Shown piece after piece: positions 17,581 to 26,059 of a stretch of DNA of 35,081 bases. The stretch comes from a virus (lineage: Duplodnaviria > Caudoviricetes), in the IMG/VR virus record IMGVR_UViG_3300025102_000117, positions 1 through 35,081 of that record; one strand, 5' to 3'. Position numbers and translations under genes: made by a program. Under the pieces are notes generated by a model. It ran no database searches. It had not been told where the DNA came from and saw only the letters and a program-made list of their open reading frames with translations. Position 1 is the first letter of the stretch, and the number at the start of each line of letters is the position of its first letter.

Positions 17581-20130
17581 ATGCCACTCCTTATTGAGAA
17601 GGATAAGTCAATATCCACAGATATTCTAAGACTCTTTGAAAGAACGAGAGTTGCTTATCTTTCAGCAAGAACCGACCCAAAGGAATACGGTTCTAAATGG
17701 AGAAACGCAGTAAATAAAATTAAAGAAGCATATGAAATGACAGATGCTCTTTCAAAAGAACTCAAGGATTATATTGATGAAGACTTATTAGAATCAAATG
17801 ATGTTTCCGACCCAACAACAAACAATGCCGAAAAATTATATCAAGGAATTAAAGCACTAAGGTATTCTTCGGAAGAAGTTAGTGACCCCTTCGCTAAAAA
17901 ATTCAAAGGTAGTGTATTAGAAGCATTATTAGAATCACCCGAACTTATGATTAAGTTTGTTCACTATGCTATTAGAGAAGATGACAAGGCATTACCTAAA
18001 GAAGCCTATTCAATTAAAGACATGAAGCCCGATGATATTACTGAAGGCTTAACTGGACTAGACTTAGAAGTTGATGATGTTGCACTTTACATCATAGAGC
18101 ATTATGGCGACGATAAAGATTCTAAAAAGGTGGAGTCTAAGGTGAAGGCCGCTATGAATATGCTAGAATTAATATTCTTATCTAAGAATACTAAAGAAGA
18201 GTGGCTTGAACTAGAAGATATAGACACAGATGCAGACGAAACTAAAGCCAAGGATGAAACTGATAAAGATAAAAAAACTATCTTGAAAGAAAAGAAATCC
18301 GATGAAGAGAAAGCCCAAAGTGATTTTATTATTCCTAACAAACCAATGTATAGGATATTTACAATAGAAGATATGAATGAACTAAAAGGATTTAGTGGAG
18401 AATACTATGTCCAAGAAAAATATGATGGATTTAGAATACAACTTCATAAAATAGATAAGAATATTAAAGTCTATGATTATACAGGTAAAGATATATCTAG
18501 TAAGTGTAAAGATGCAATAGAAGAATTAGAAAAGAAACAATTTGGAGACTGTATACTAGATGCTTCCTTGGTTTTATTTGACGGAGAAGATTCTCTTAAA
18601 AGAAAAGAAGCGGTAGAATACTTAGAAGGAAAGAGAGAAGGCAAGGCTAGAATCCATGTGTTTGACATTATGAGACACAACGAAGAAAATCTCATGGAAG
18701 ATACATTACAAAACAGAATGCAAATAATGTTCAATAACTATTCTATACATTCTAGTGAAGCCTTAACATTCCCATCTAAAAAAGATACAAGAGTGGCTGA
18801 TAGTCTAAAGGATGTTGAAGAATATGCTAAGAAGATTATGGAAATGCCTACTGCTGAAGGTGCTATGATTAAAGACTCTACATCAACTTACTACTTAGGA
18901 ACAAAGAAAAACCCTAAGTGGATTAGATGGAAGCCTTTTGTTGAGTTAGATTTAATTGTACTTGATAAGAAAAAGAGTGGTTCTAACTTTTCTTACAAGT
19001 TAGGGGCGGGGCCAGTTGAAGAAGATGGTGAAAAAATAGAAGGCGTAAACTATCTTAATGTAGGTAGTGCTACTAATACTAAAGTTTCAGCAGATGTCGG
19101 AGAAGTTGTTAGAGTTTCTATTGATAAGGTAAAAGAAGTTAAGGGCAAGCCAGTTGTTTATTCAGCGAAGATAAATGAAATTGCTGAAAGTAAGGCACCG
19201 GATAAGTTAGTTACACTACAAATGCTAATCAACGATACTGATAAGTCTTTGAAATATAATGTAGAAGAAGTAGAGAAAGGTATTGTAGTTTCTGACCATA
19301 TTCACGGCGAAGCCAATATTATAATCAAAGGAGATATGGATGGTTTTACTATCTATGGATTTGAAGAAGACAATCTAATGGCTAAGAATGCACTAATGGA
19401 TTTAGACCTGTGGAAAGAACAGGCAGAAGAAATAATGAAAACAAAACAATCTAAACTTACTGTTGCTATATTTAATTTCTTAAAGGAAAAGGGCGCACAA
19501 GTACCGAAAGTTGTTCATAATTTCTTAGTTAAAAATCACAAAAAAGAATATCAAGACATACTAGAAAGTAAAGAAAGTCGAGTTAAAGACTGGTTTGAAA
19601 ACAGGGATGGAATATCTTTTGATGTTAAAACGAAAAAGTTGTTTGCTGAACATGATAAGATATTGATGGACACCATTAAGAAAGAGTATGAAACTCCCGA
19701 AAAATACAGAAGTGGTGAGTTTAAGATATATCTTAGAGATGATGATAACCTAAATATTGTTATGAAGTTGGGCGATGAAAGCATAAACTGGATGGTTAGA
19801 TTAGATAGCAAAGATGACATCTTTGAATTGTTTGGTAAAGCCGGTAAGTTCCCTGCTATTGTTGCTAAGAATATATCTAAGCGTAAAGTCATTGATAGTG
19901 GAGATGTTAAATTAGGCGTTCAAAAGGAAGGCTACCATGAGTATTTCTTAGATGGTAATAAGTTTGAAACTAAACTTCATGTTAGAATGCTTGAAGTTAA
20001 AGGAAAAAGAATGTGGCTAGCATGGACAGGCTATGAACAAAAACCTGCTGATACTGATAGTGATAGAGGACTATGGAATATTTATGAAGATAAATACAGT
20101 AGTCTTGAATTACCTCCAAAAGACGACTAA
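17581..20130 (+). CDS. ATP-dependent DNA ligase-like nucleotidyltransferase with OB fold and a C-terminal LigD 3'-phosphoesterase-like domain
   Basis: Motif I QEKYDGFRIQ (K at 18418), III ILDASL, IIIa VFDIM, IV EGAMIK, V KWIRWK, and OB-fold LDLIVL...YKLG. The C-terminal EFKIY...LNIVMKLGDESINW...VIDSG...FLDGNKFETK resembles the LigD PE fold. Confidence 0.85.
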   Translation: MPLLIEKDKSISTDILRLFERTRVAYLSARTDPKEYGSKWRNAVNKIKEAYEMTDALSKELKDYIDEDLLESNDVSDPTTNNAEKLYQGIKALRYSSEEVSDPFAKKFKGSVLEALLESPELMIKFVHYAIREDDKALPKEAYSIKDMKPDDITEGLTGLDLEVDDVALYIIEHYGDDKDSKKVESKVKAAMNMLELIFLSKNTKEEWLELEDIDTDADETKAKDETDKDKKTILKEKKSDEEKAQSDFIIPNKPMYRIFTIEDMNELKGFSGEYYVQEKYDGFRIQLHKIDKNIKVYDYTGKDISSKCKDAIEELEKKQFGDCILDASLVLFDGEDSLKRKEAVEYLEGKREGKARIHVFDIMRHNEENLMEDTLQNRMQIMFNNYSIHSSEALTFPSKKDTRVADSLKDVEEYAKKIMEMPTAEGAMIKDSTSTYYLGTKKNPKWIRWKPFVELDLIVLDKKKSGSNFSYKLGAGPVEEDGEKIEGVNYLNVGSATNTKVSADVGEVVRVSIDKVKEVKGKPVVYSAKINEIAESKAPDKLVTLQMLINDTDKSLKYNVEEVEKGIVVSDHIHGEANIIIKGDMDGFTIYGFEEDNLMAKNALMDLDLWKEQAEEIMKTKQSKLTVAIFNFLKEKGAQVPKVVHNFLVKNHKKEYQDILESKESRVKDWFENRDGISFDVKTKKLFAEHDKILMDTIKKEYETPEKYRSGEFKIYLRDDDNLNIVMKLGDESINWMVRLDSKDDIFELFGKAGKFPAIVAKNISKRKVIDSGDVKLGVQKEGYHEYFLDGNKFETKLHVRMLEVKGKRMWLAWTGYEQKPADTDSDRGLWNIYEDKYSSLELPPKDD

Positions 20131-20150
20131 TGGTTTAAAATAACCGTGTG

Positions 20151-20184
20151 TATTATATATCAAAAGGAAATTTTTTCTTTTTGA
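20151..20184 (+). promoter_or_regulatory. Putative archaeal TATA-box promoter followed by an imperfect inverted repeat, upstream of the protease/capsid operon
   Basis: TATTATATA lies about 30-40 bp before ATG 20190, followed by TCAAAAGGAAA-ttt-TTTCTTTTTGA (one G-T mismatch). No SD is seen, consistent with a short or leaderless transcript. Confidence 0.45.
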
Positions 20185-20189
20185 GCGAA

Positions 20190-21407
20190 ATGTCATCGGC
20201 AGTATTAGCAACGAGAAATGATGGGTTCTCCATCCTCAAGGCTAGAACTGATGATTTAATGATTGGTGGCTATGCTAGCATAGAGATAGTTGATAAGCAA
20301 AACGACTTAATCACACTAAAGGCACTTAATGAAGCAGTTACTAAATTTATGGGAGACTCTAAATTTAGAAATGTTATGACAAACCATTCCAATGTTCAAG
20401 TTGGAGAAGTTGTAGATTCTTATAGAGACACTACAGGAAGACTTTGGAAATCCGAAGTAGATGATGTAGGTTTCTTTGTAGTAATTAAACTACGAGACGA
20501 TATAGAAAAAGCCAAAGAAGTTGGCAGAAACATTCGCAAAGGGTCATTAAGGTCTTTTAGCATAGGAGGCCAAGCCCTCCAAAAAGTAAAGAAAAGCCAT
20601 GAAAACTTGGGTGAGTATAATGAAATCAGCAAGTTAGAGTTGCATGAAATTACTATATGCGAAAAAGGAATTAATCCCGAAGCGAGGTTCGATATTTTGA
20701 AACAAGATAAAGGAGACATAAACATGAGTGAAAAACTAGAAAAAGCATTAGCGGAGTTAGATACTTTGCTAGAAGAAGTAAATACGCTTCGTAAAGAAGA
20801 AGAGATAGACCTGAAAGAAGAAGAGATGGCTGATGAAACAGAAATGGGCGACTACGGTATGGACAAGGAAGATGAAGAAGACATGGAAATGGCTGATGAA
20901 ACAGAAATGGGCGAATACCAAGATGATGAAACCAAGGCTTACTTAAGAACTCTTGATGGTGCAGGAAACCAAATTGGAGAACCTGCTGACCGTATTGTTA
21001 TTAACAACGGTAAGCCAACTTCATCCGATATGCCAGTCGTAAAGGCTTTTGGTAACGGTGAATTTGACACACTAGATTTGTCAGTTGGAAACATCGAGAA
21101 GGCTTACGAGGCTTTCCGACAAGAGCAGTTAGAAACTCTTGCTTATGATAACCTAAAGAAATCATTTGAAGCAAGATTCGCTACTGAAATTACATCAAGA
21201 GAAAACACAATCGCAAAGCAAAACTATGATGCCGCTAGCGAGATTGCTTCTCTTAAGGATGAATTTACACAACTAAGGAAATCATTGACCGCAGAAAAGG
21301 AAACTATTCTAAAGGCTCAAGAAGAATCCGCAGTAAAACTCCCAAGTATGGATGAAATGGCTAACATGGATTGGTCGGACATTCACAAAATGGTAGGAGG
21401 AATTTAA
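20190..21407 (+). CDS. HK97-type prohead protease fused to a C-terminal scaffold
   Basis: IGGYAS..IVDKQND, catalytic His (TNH), Ser (RSFSIGG) and LHEITIC..GINPEA, followed by an acidic/coiled-coil scaffold. Start reassigned from the GTG at 20148 to the ATG at 20190. Confidence 0.92.
   Translation: MSSAVLATRNDGFSILKARTDDLMIGGYASIEIVDKQNDLITLKALNEAVTKFMGDSKFRNVMTNHSNVQVGEVVDSYRDTTGRLWKSEVDDVGFFVVIKLRDDIEKAKEVGRNIRKGSLRSFSIGGQALQKVKKSHENLGEYNEISKLELHEITICEKGINPEARFDILKQDKGDINMSEKLEKALAELDTLLEEVNTLRKEEEIDLKEEEMADETEMGDYGMDKEDEEDMEMADETEMGEYQDDETKAYLRTLDGAGNQIGEPADRIVINNGKPTSSDMPVVKAFGNGEFDTLDLSVGNIEKAYEAFRQEQLETLAYDNLKKSFEARFATEITSRENTIAKQNYDAASEIASLKDEFTQLRKSLTAEKETILKAQEESAVKLPSMDEMANMDWSDIHKMVGGI
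20724..21407 (+). CDS. Putative nested in-frame scaffold protein (internal start MSEKLEKALAE)
   Basis: In-frame ATG just after the end of the protease domain, preceded by AAAGGAGACATAAAC (SD-like). Analogous to lambda C/Nu3. Confidence 0.5.
   Translation: MSEKLEKALAELDTLLEEVNTLRKEEEIDLKEEEMADETEMGDYGMDKEDEEDMEMADETEMGEYQDDETKAYLRTLDGAGNQIGEPADRIVINNGKPTSSDMPVVKAFGNGEFDTLDLSVGNIEKAYEAFRQEQLETLAYDNLKKSFEARFATEITSRENTIAKQNYDAASEIASLKDEFTQLRKSLTAEKETILKAQEESAVKLPSMDEMANMDWSDIHKMVGGI
20826..20914 (+). repeat. 26-bp perfect direct repeat (ATGGCTGATGAAACAGAAATGGGCGA x2, 63-bp period) in the scaffold linker
   Basis: Copies at 20826-20851 and 20889-20914, encoding MADETEMG twice. Confidence 0.9.
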
Positions 21408-21408
21408 G

Positions 21409-22746
21409 ATGACAGGATATATTAATACAATCGCAGACTTAGAAGCAAGCACATATGGAATAAACAATCTACCTGCCGGTAATGCTCTTTTGAAGCAAGC
21501 CGGTGCTATTGGTGGAATACACACAGGACACGATGGTTCTCCGGCATTCTCCGGTAGTGCTGTTAGTGATGTATCTGCACTATACAATATTGTTTACGGA
21601 CAAAAAGTATGGTCAATGTTGAATAGAGAAGTTAATGCTCTTTCAATGATTTCAAAAAGACCTTACAGTTCTAGCGGATGGAGAGTTCTACAATCACGAC
21701 CTGCCGGTGGAAGCGGTAACTTGTTTACTGTTGATGCAACAGGTAATGCAACACTAGGAGAATTAGGTTCGGATAACCCAAGAGCAGACCTTATTGGTGG
21801 TGTTCCTGAAAATGCAGGACTTTCAACTGCGGCTGACGGACTTGGCCCAATTGCACCAACTTATGCACAACTCAACATGAGTCCTAAAGTAGTTGCACAC
21901 CAATTTGATTTCAGTGAACTTGCTATGGAAATGGCACAAATTGATGATGGTATTGGCGATATTAGAGCGCAAATGCGTGAAGATATGGGTAAGCACCATG
22001 CAGAAGTTCAAAACAAAATGTTGGTTATGCCACTAGAGCATTATGGTGAATCATCCGCTATGCCAAATATCGGTAACAACTATACTTCTCTAAACAAGGT
22101 TATTACTTCAAGAGCAGAACTACTAGCAATTGATGGCGGAGTTATCGCAACTGATACCGCTTCCGCTTCTAACGCACTAGGAAAAATTTACGGTAGAGAG
22201 AGATTTACTGCCGCTTCTTTCCTTGATGCAGAAGTAGACTTTGGTAGTGGATATGCTAGTGGTGATGTTCGTTCATTAACCCTAACAAGACTTAACGATA
22301 TGATTAGAAACCTAAGACTATCCGGCGGTTCTCCAAAGGTTATTCTAACTGGATATGATACTATTCAAGCAATCGCTGACTTGCTACAAAGTCAAGAAAG
22401 ATTCATGGATAGAAAAGAAATCGTACCAACCGTAAACGGTGTTAGAGGAACAAAGGGTCAAGAAGTTGGATTTAGAGTTGCTACTTATTACGATTTGCCA
22501 CTTATTCCTGTAAAGGACATGTGCCAAACAGGTAGTGCTTCAACAAAACTAAGCGACTTATTATTCCTTGATACAGACCACCTATGGCTATCCGTTATGA
22601 AGCCAACTCAATACTTTGAAGATGGTATTGCTAACGGAAATCCATTCGGTGTTGGAACTCTAGGTAACAGGGCATTATACAGAACAATTGGTGAAGTAGG
22701 ATGTTCATTCTTTAGAGGACAAGGAAAAATAACAAACATACAATGA
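21409..22746 (+). CDS. Major capsid protein (HK97 fold)
   Basis: Directly follows the protease/scaffold, with a strong AGGAGG SD. 445 aa. Contains GGVPEN..., YAQLNMSPKVVAHQFDFSELAM (E-loop/P-domain pattern), PKVILTG and LPLIPVKDM..LLFLD. Confidence 0.9.
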   Translation: MTGYINTIADLEASTYGINNLPAGNALLKQAGAIGGIHTGHDGSPAFSGSAVSDVSALYNIVYGQKVWSMLNREVNALSMISKRPYSSSGWRVLQSRPAGGSGNLFTVDATGNATLGELGSDNPRADLIGGVPENAGLSTAADGLGPIAPTYAQLNMSPKVVAHQFDFSELAMEMAQIDDGIGDIRAQMREDMGKHHAEVQNKMLVMPLEHYGESSAMPNIGNNYTSLNKVITSRAELLAIDGGVIATDTASASNALGKIYGRERFTAASFLDAEVDFGSGYASGDVRSLTLTRLNDMIRNLRLSGGSPKVILTGYDTIQAIADLLQSQERFMDRKEIVPTVNGVRGTKGQEVGFRVATYYDLPLIPVKDMCQTGSASTKLSDLLFLDTDHLWLSVMKPTQYFEDGIANGNPFGVGTLGNRALYRTIGEVGCSFFRGQGKITNIQ

Positions 22747-22757
22747 GGTGAAGAAAT

Positions 22758-23024
22758 ATGGCATTTAGTTATACAATAGAAAACGAGCAAATATTAGAAG
22801 GAAACATGAAGATTGTCTATGGAACATGGAACGCAGACTCGGTAACAGGTGGCGACATCGTTACTGGATTAAGTCGAGTTGATGTGTGTGTTCTAGGACA
22901 TACAGGTTCAGCAGTAGAAGCGGCGGCGGCAGTTGTCAATGAAACACTACCTTTGGCTAGTGGTTCAGTAACAATTGTAACAACAAGCGGTGATACTGGA
23001 ACTTTCATAGCAATTGGACAGTAA
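22758..23024 (+). CDS. Putative capsid decoration or minor head protein
   Basis: Small G/T/V-rich beta protein right after the MCP; GAGGTGA SD. Confidence 0.6.
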   Translation: MAFSYTIENEQILEGNMKIVYGTWNADSVTGGDIVTGLSRVDVCVLGHTGSAVEAAAAVVNETLPLASGSVTIVTTSGDTGTFIAIGQ

Positions 23025-23035
23025 GGTGATTAATA

Positions 23036-23380
23036 ATGGCACTAACAGTAACATTATTAGCAGACCATAAAGGAGTTACCCGACCAAAAGTTAGTGGTGA
23101 TGAATATGTGGTTGATGCACTAATAGATATGGACACTTACGCTTCCGGCGGTTTAGAAGTATTGGCTTCAGCACTTGGTCTATCAACAGTTACTCAAGTC
23201 ATAGTTACAGGACAAGATTCAGTAGTTGGATTAGTTGTTCCCGAAGTATCAGCAACAGGTTTGTATGCAGGAACTACCTCATTCAAACTTAATGTGATAA
23301 TCGGAACAAGCGGTGCTAACGAAGAAGGCGGTTCAGTGGACTTTGGCTCGGTTAGAGTAAGAGTTTATGGAAACCTTTGA
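23036..23380 (+). CDS. Putative capsid decoration or minor head protein (possible paralog of 22758..23024)
   Basis: Beta-rich. YASGGLEV..ALGLSTVTQVIVTG resembles VTGGDIVTGLSRVDVCVLG. AAGGTGA SD. Confidence 0.6.
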   Translation: MALTVTLLADHKGVTRPKVSGDEYVVDALIDMDTYASGGLEVLASALGLSTVTQVIVTGQDSVVGLVVPEVSATGLYAGTTSFKLNVIIGTSGANEEGGSVDFGSVRVRVYGNL

Positions 23381-23390
23381 GGTGGCTTGA

Positions 23391-23747
23391 TTGGTAACAG
23401 TTAGATTAACTGATAACTCAAAAATCGGTAGACTTAACATTACACCAAAGCAAGAAATAACAAGGAAAGAAGAAGCGACAGTCTCAGTAAAATGGGCTGT
23501 CCTTCGTCTTTCCGACCCAAATTATTTCTTTAGTTTTAGTGAAGAAGACCGTGAAGAGTTATTAGAACTTAATGAAAAACTAGTTCTAATGGGTTGTAAG
23601 GAAACAGGAAAAGATATTTCAACTGTTAAAGAATTAGCAGACGAACTACTTCCTAAGAAAGAAGTTATTCGTAAGAAACCAACTCCTAAACCTAAGCCAA
23701 AGCCTAAGCCTAAAGCAAAAACTCCTTCTAAAACAAAGAAAGAGTAA
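23391..23747 (+). CDS. Hypothetical protein with a C-terminal (PK)n basic tail
   Basis: TTG start with GAGGTGG SD; KKPTPKPKPKPKPKAKTPSK tail. Confidence 0.7.
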   Translation: MVTVRLTDNSKIGRLNITPKQEITRKEEATVSVKWAVLRLSDPNYFFSFSEEDREELLELNEKLVLMGCKETGKDISTVKELADELLPKKEVIRKKPTPKPKPKPKPKAKTPSKTKKE

Positions 23748-23755
23748 TCGCTACA

Positions 23756-23779
23756 TTAAATAGGTGGAGTCTTTCTCCA
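23756..23779 (+). promoter_or_regulatory. TATA-like TTAAATA followed by a short inverted repeat TGGAG-tcttt-CTCCA
   Basis: Read directly in the 52-bp intergenic gap upstream of 23800. Function is inferred. Confidence 0.3.
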
Positions 23780-23799
23780 TAGATTGAACAGGTGATAGT

Positions 23800-24105
23800 A
23801 TGGCGGGCATAGGCGGTTGTAGAAGTAGTGGCGTATTAGGGGCAAGTGCGATTGTAAGTAGTGAAAACGCTAAGTTAATTAGCATTCATGCGGCAATTAC
23901 AATTGCTTCTAATGCGGCAGTTACAATTAAGGTTTTTAATGGAACGGATAATACCGGAACAGAAGTAGCGAGAATACATCATAGCGTTACAGGACATTAT
24001 AATCTTGAATACGATATGCATGGGGTTCTGTGTAGGAGTGGAATATTCTTGGAAGTAACAGAAGGAGGAACTTCTACGGCCAATGTTTCTGTCGAGTTCA
24101 ACTGA
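23800..24105 (+). CDS. Small beta-rich putative virion protein
   Basis: AGGTGA SD; jelly-roll-like alternating pattern (VTIKVFNG, GIFLEVT, VSVEFN). Confidence 0.65.
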   Translation: MAGIGGCRSSGVLGASAIVSSENAKLISIHAAITIASNAAVTIKVFNGTDNTGTEVARIHHSVTGHYNLEYDMHGVLCRSGIFLEVTEGGTSTANVSVEFN

Positions 24106-24114
24106 GGTTTTATT

Positions 24115-24522
24115 ATGGCGGCACTAAGTCAAGACACAAGATTAGTTATGACAATTTTATTTGTCGGAACAGTTAGCGGAGCGAATGTATATTTCTATTC
24201 TGCTTATGGATTAAATTTCCCTTACGGAGCATTAGCACATTCTGTTCTGTTTGGACTTATTACGGTGGGTGGAATAATGGTTATGAAAGCATTGTTTGAC
24301 CTATCACTAAACGATAAGATTGAGATACGATTACTAGACAGACAGATAGAAAATCATTTTCAAAGACTACAAAGAGAAGAACAAATTAAATCTAAACTAC
24401 AAGATAGTATGAAGCAGTTCGGTACAGTAAGGCGTGAAAACTGGCGAAGTGGGGTCATGGCTACTGAAGACTACGACGATAATACAATAGGAAATGAATT
24501 CTTAGCAACTATACAACAATAG
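24115..24522 (+). CDS. Membrane protein with 2 predicted TM helices and a cytoplasmic coiled coil
   Basis: Hydrophobic LVMTILFVGTVSGANVYFY and SVLFGLITVGGIMVMKALF, followed by a charged coiled coil. Confidence 0.75.
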   Translation: MAALSQDTRLVMTILFVGTVSGANVYFYSAYGLNFPYGALAHSVLFGLITVGGIMVMKALFDLSLNDKIEIRLLDRQIENHFQRLQREEQIKSKLQDSMKQFGTVRRENWRSGVMATEDYDDNTIGNEFLATIQQ

Positions 24523-24533
24523 GTTGTGGTTGA

Positions 24534-24752
24534 TTGGTCTTTGGCGACATAATGGGCTTTAGTGAGTCCGACTATGTATATAATCAAAGTCGGGCGCATT
24601 CGGCAGATATGTTCTTCATAAAAATGAAGATGTATTTTTGGGGAAGTTGTGTTGGATTATCAGCATTTTTGATAGGTAATATTATGGGAGTCTTTGACAT
24701 TAATATAATGGGTTGGATTATAGAGAGGGCTAAGGATATTTGGGGGCATTAA
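24534..24752 (+). CDS. Small membrane protein with 1 TM helix and an amphipathic C-terminus
   Basis: TTG start; hydrophobic MYFWGSCVGLSAFLIGNIMGVF; abuts the GTPase gene. Confidence 0.7.
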   Translation: MVFGDIMGFSESDYVYNQSRAHSADMFFIKMKMYFWGSCVGLSAFLIGNIMGVFDINIMGWIIERAKDIWGH

Positions 24753-25415
24753 ATGTCCATAATGACTGGCTTTGCTATTCTTGTGGGTGAAGCAATAATA
24801 GGCTTTTACAAAAAAGTTCATGCAATTAATTTTGGAGTTTATGGTTCTACAATGGTTGGTAAAACAACCCTAAGCCACCAACTTAGAACAAGGGGGGAAG
24901 TTCCCACAATAAAAGACAGAACCGTTGGTTTACATAGAGCCACTAGAAAGAATGTTAAGATTGATGGTAGTTCTCACACAATTAAGAGTGCTGACTTGGG
25001 AGGGGAAGCAATCTACTGGAAAGAATGGGTTAAAGATATGCAAAAGCGTAAAGTAAGATATATTATTTTTATGATAGACCACAGGCATTTAGATTCCCCT
25101 TCTAATTTAGACCATCAACTAGCATGGAAATTTTTAGTAGATACTATTGTAGCAGATAGATGGCCTTCGGGCAAAAAGAAAAAAGAAACAGACTATCCTA
25201 TGGCAGTTGGTATATGGGGAAATAAATATGATATGTGGGGAGAGAAGTATAAAAGTGACAATCCTATAGACAAACATGAAATATTTGAACCTTTTAAGTA
25301 TGGAATGAGGCAGTTAAATGACAAGGGAATACCTTGTTTCAAATATATAGTATCGGCTAAGTCCGACCCTGAGATGGTGTATAAAGGAATAACCACTATG
25401 ATAAAGGATTATTGA
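24753..25415 (+). CDS. Ras-superfamily small GTPase, Arf/Sar1-like
   Basis: G1 GSTMVGKTT, G2 RTVG, G3 DLGGE, IIFMID strand, G4 NKYD, G5 VSAK, plus an N-terminal hydrophobic/amphipathic helix. Confidence 0.9.
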   Translation: MSIMTGFAILVGEAIIGFYKKVHAINFGVYGSTMVGKTTLSHQLRTRGEVPTIKDRTVGLHRATRKNVKIDGSSHTIKSADLGGEAIYWKEWVKDMQKRKVRYIIFMIDHRHLDSPSNLDHQLAWKFLVDTIVADRWPSGKKKKETDYPMAVGIWGNKYDMWGEKYKSDNPIDKHEIFEPFKYGMRQLNDKGIPCFKYIVSAKSDPEMVYKGITTMIKDY

Positions 25416-25425
25416 GGAATTAAAG

Positions 25426-26058
25426 ATGTATCAGCAACCGAATTTGATAAACACGCAACAAGCAAAGAACGCTTTTTTACCTAAACTGCAACAATATAGA
25501 GCAGTTGGGCCAATTGAAGATTATAAGTTTGATGCGTTAAAACCAAAGAAGCAAATGAAAGAAATAAGAAAAGTATTGTTACCGGAAAAGAAAAAGGTTC
25601 TCTTCATAAGATATGGTCACAAGTTTAACTTTAAAGATAGATGTGTAGTTTGTGGAACTCATCAAATTTGGGAAGCAGGAGATTACTTAAGGCCACCAAT
25701 ACCACTAGATAAAGTAGAGAAAGGAAGGCCACTAAGAGGAACTTACTGTCAAAAACATGCGGCTATCCATAAACAAATGGAAATGCTACAACAACAAATA
25801 TTAGCAGATGAACACGGACTAGATTTTAAAGCGTTTATTCCTAAAGCCAAAATGCCTAATATGTTAAAAAGACAACAATTAAACAACTTAACGAAAGAAG
25901 ATGTTATGAGGTTGACTAGCATGGGATGGACTATAACGCCACCAACACCGGCTACCGATGCAGAAACACAAATGGCAGAAATAGTTAGATTGATGGCGGA
26001 AATACAACTAAATACAGAAAGAGTTAATTATCTAATTAAAGGAGAACAGGGTGAATGA
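25426..26058 (+). CDS. Hypothetical protein with a putative Zn finger (CVVC...CQKH) and a C-terminal coiled coil
   Basis: GAGGA SD; Cys/His ligands visible in the translation. Confidence 0.7.
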   Translation: MYQQPNLINTQQAKNAFLPKLQQYRAVGPIEDYKFDALKPKKQMKEIRKVLLPEKKKVLFIRYGHKFNFKDRCVVCGTHQIWEAGDYLRPPIPLDKVEKGRPLRGTYCQKHAAIHKQMEMLQQQILADEHGLDFKAFIPKAKMPNMLKRQQLNNLTKEDVMRLTSMGWTITPPTPATDAETQMAEIVRLMAEIQLNTERVNYLIKGEQGE

Positions 26059-26059
26059 T

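Noticed and set aside
20826-20914. CRISPR-like repeat-spacer-repeat (26-bp repeat, 37-bp spacer)
   Set aside because: Only two copies, in frame within the scaffold coding sequence, non-palindromic and with no cas genes. A coding duplication is the simpler explanation.
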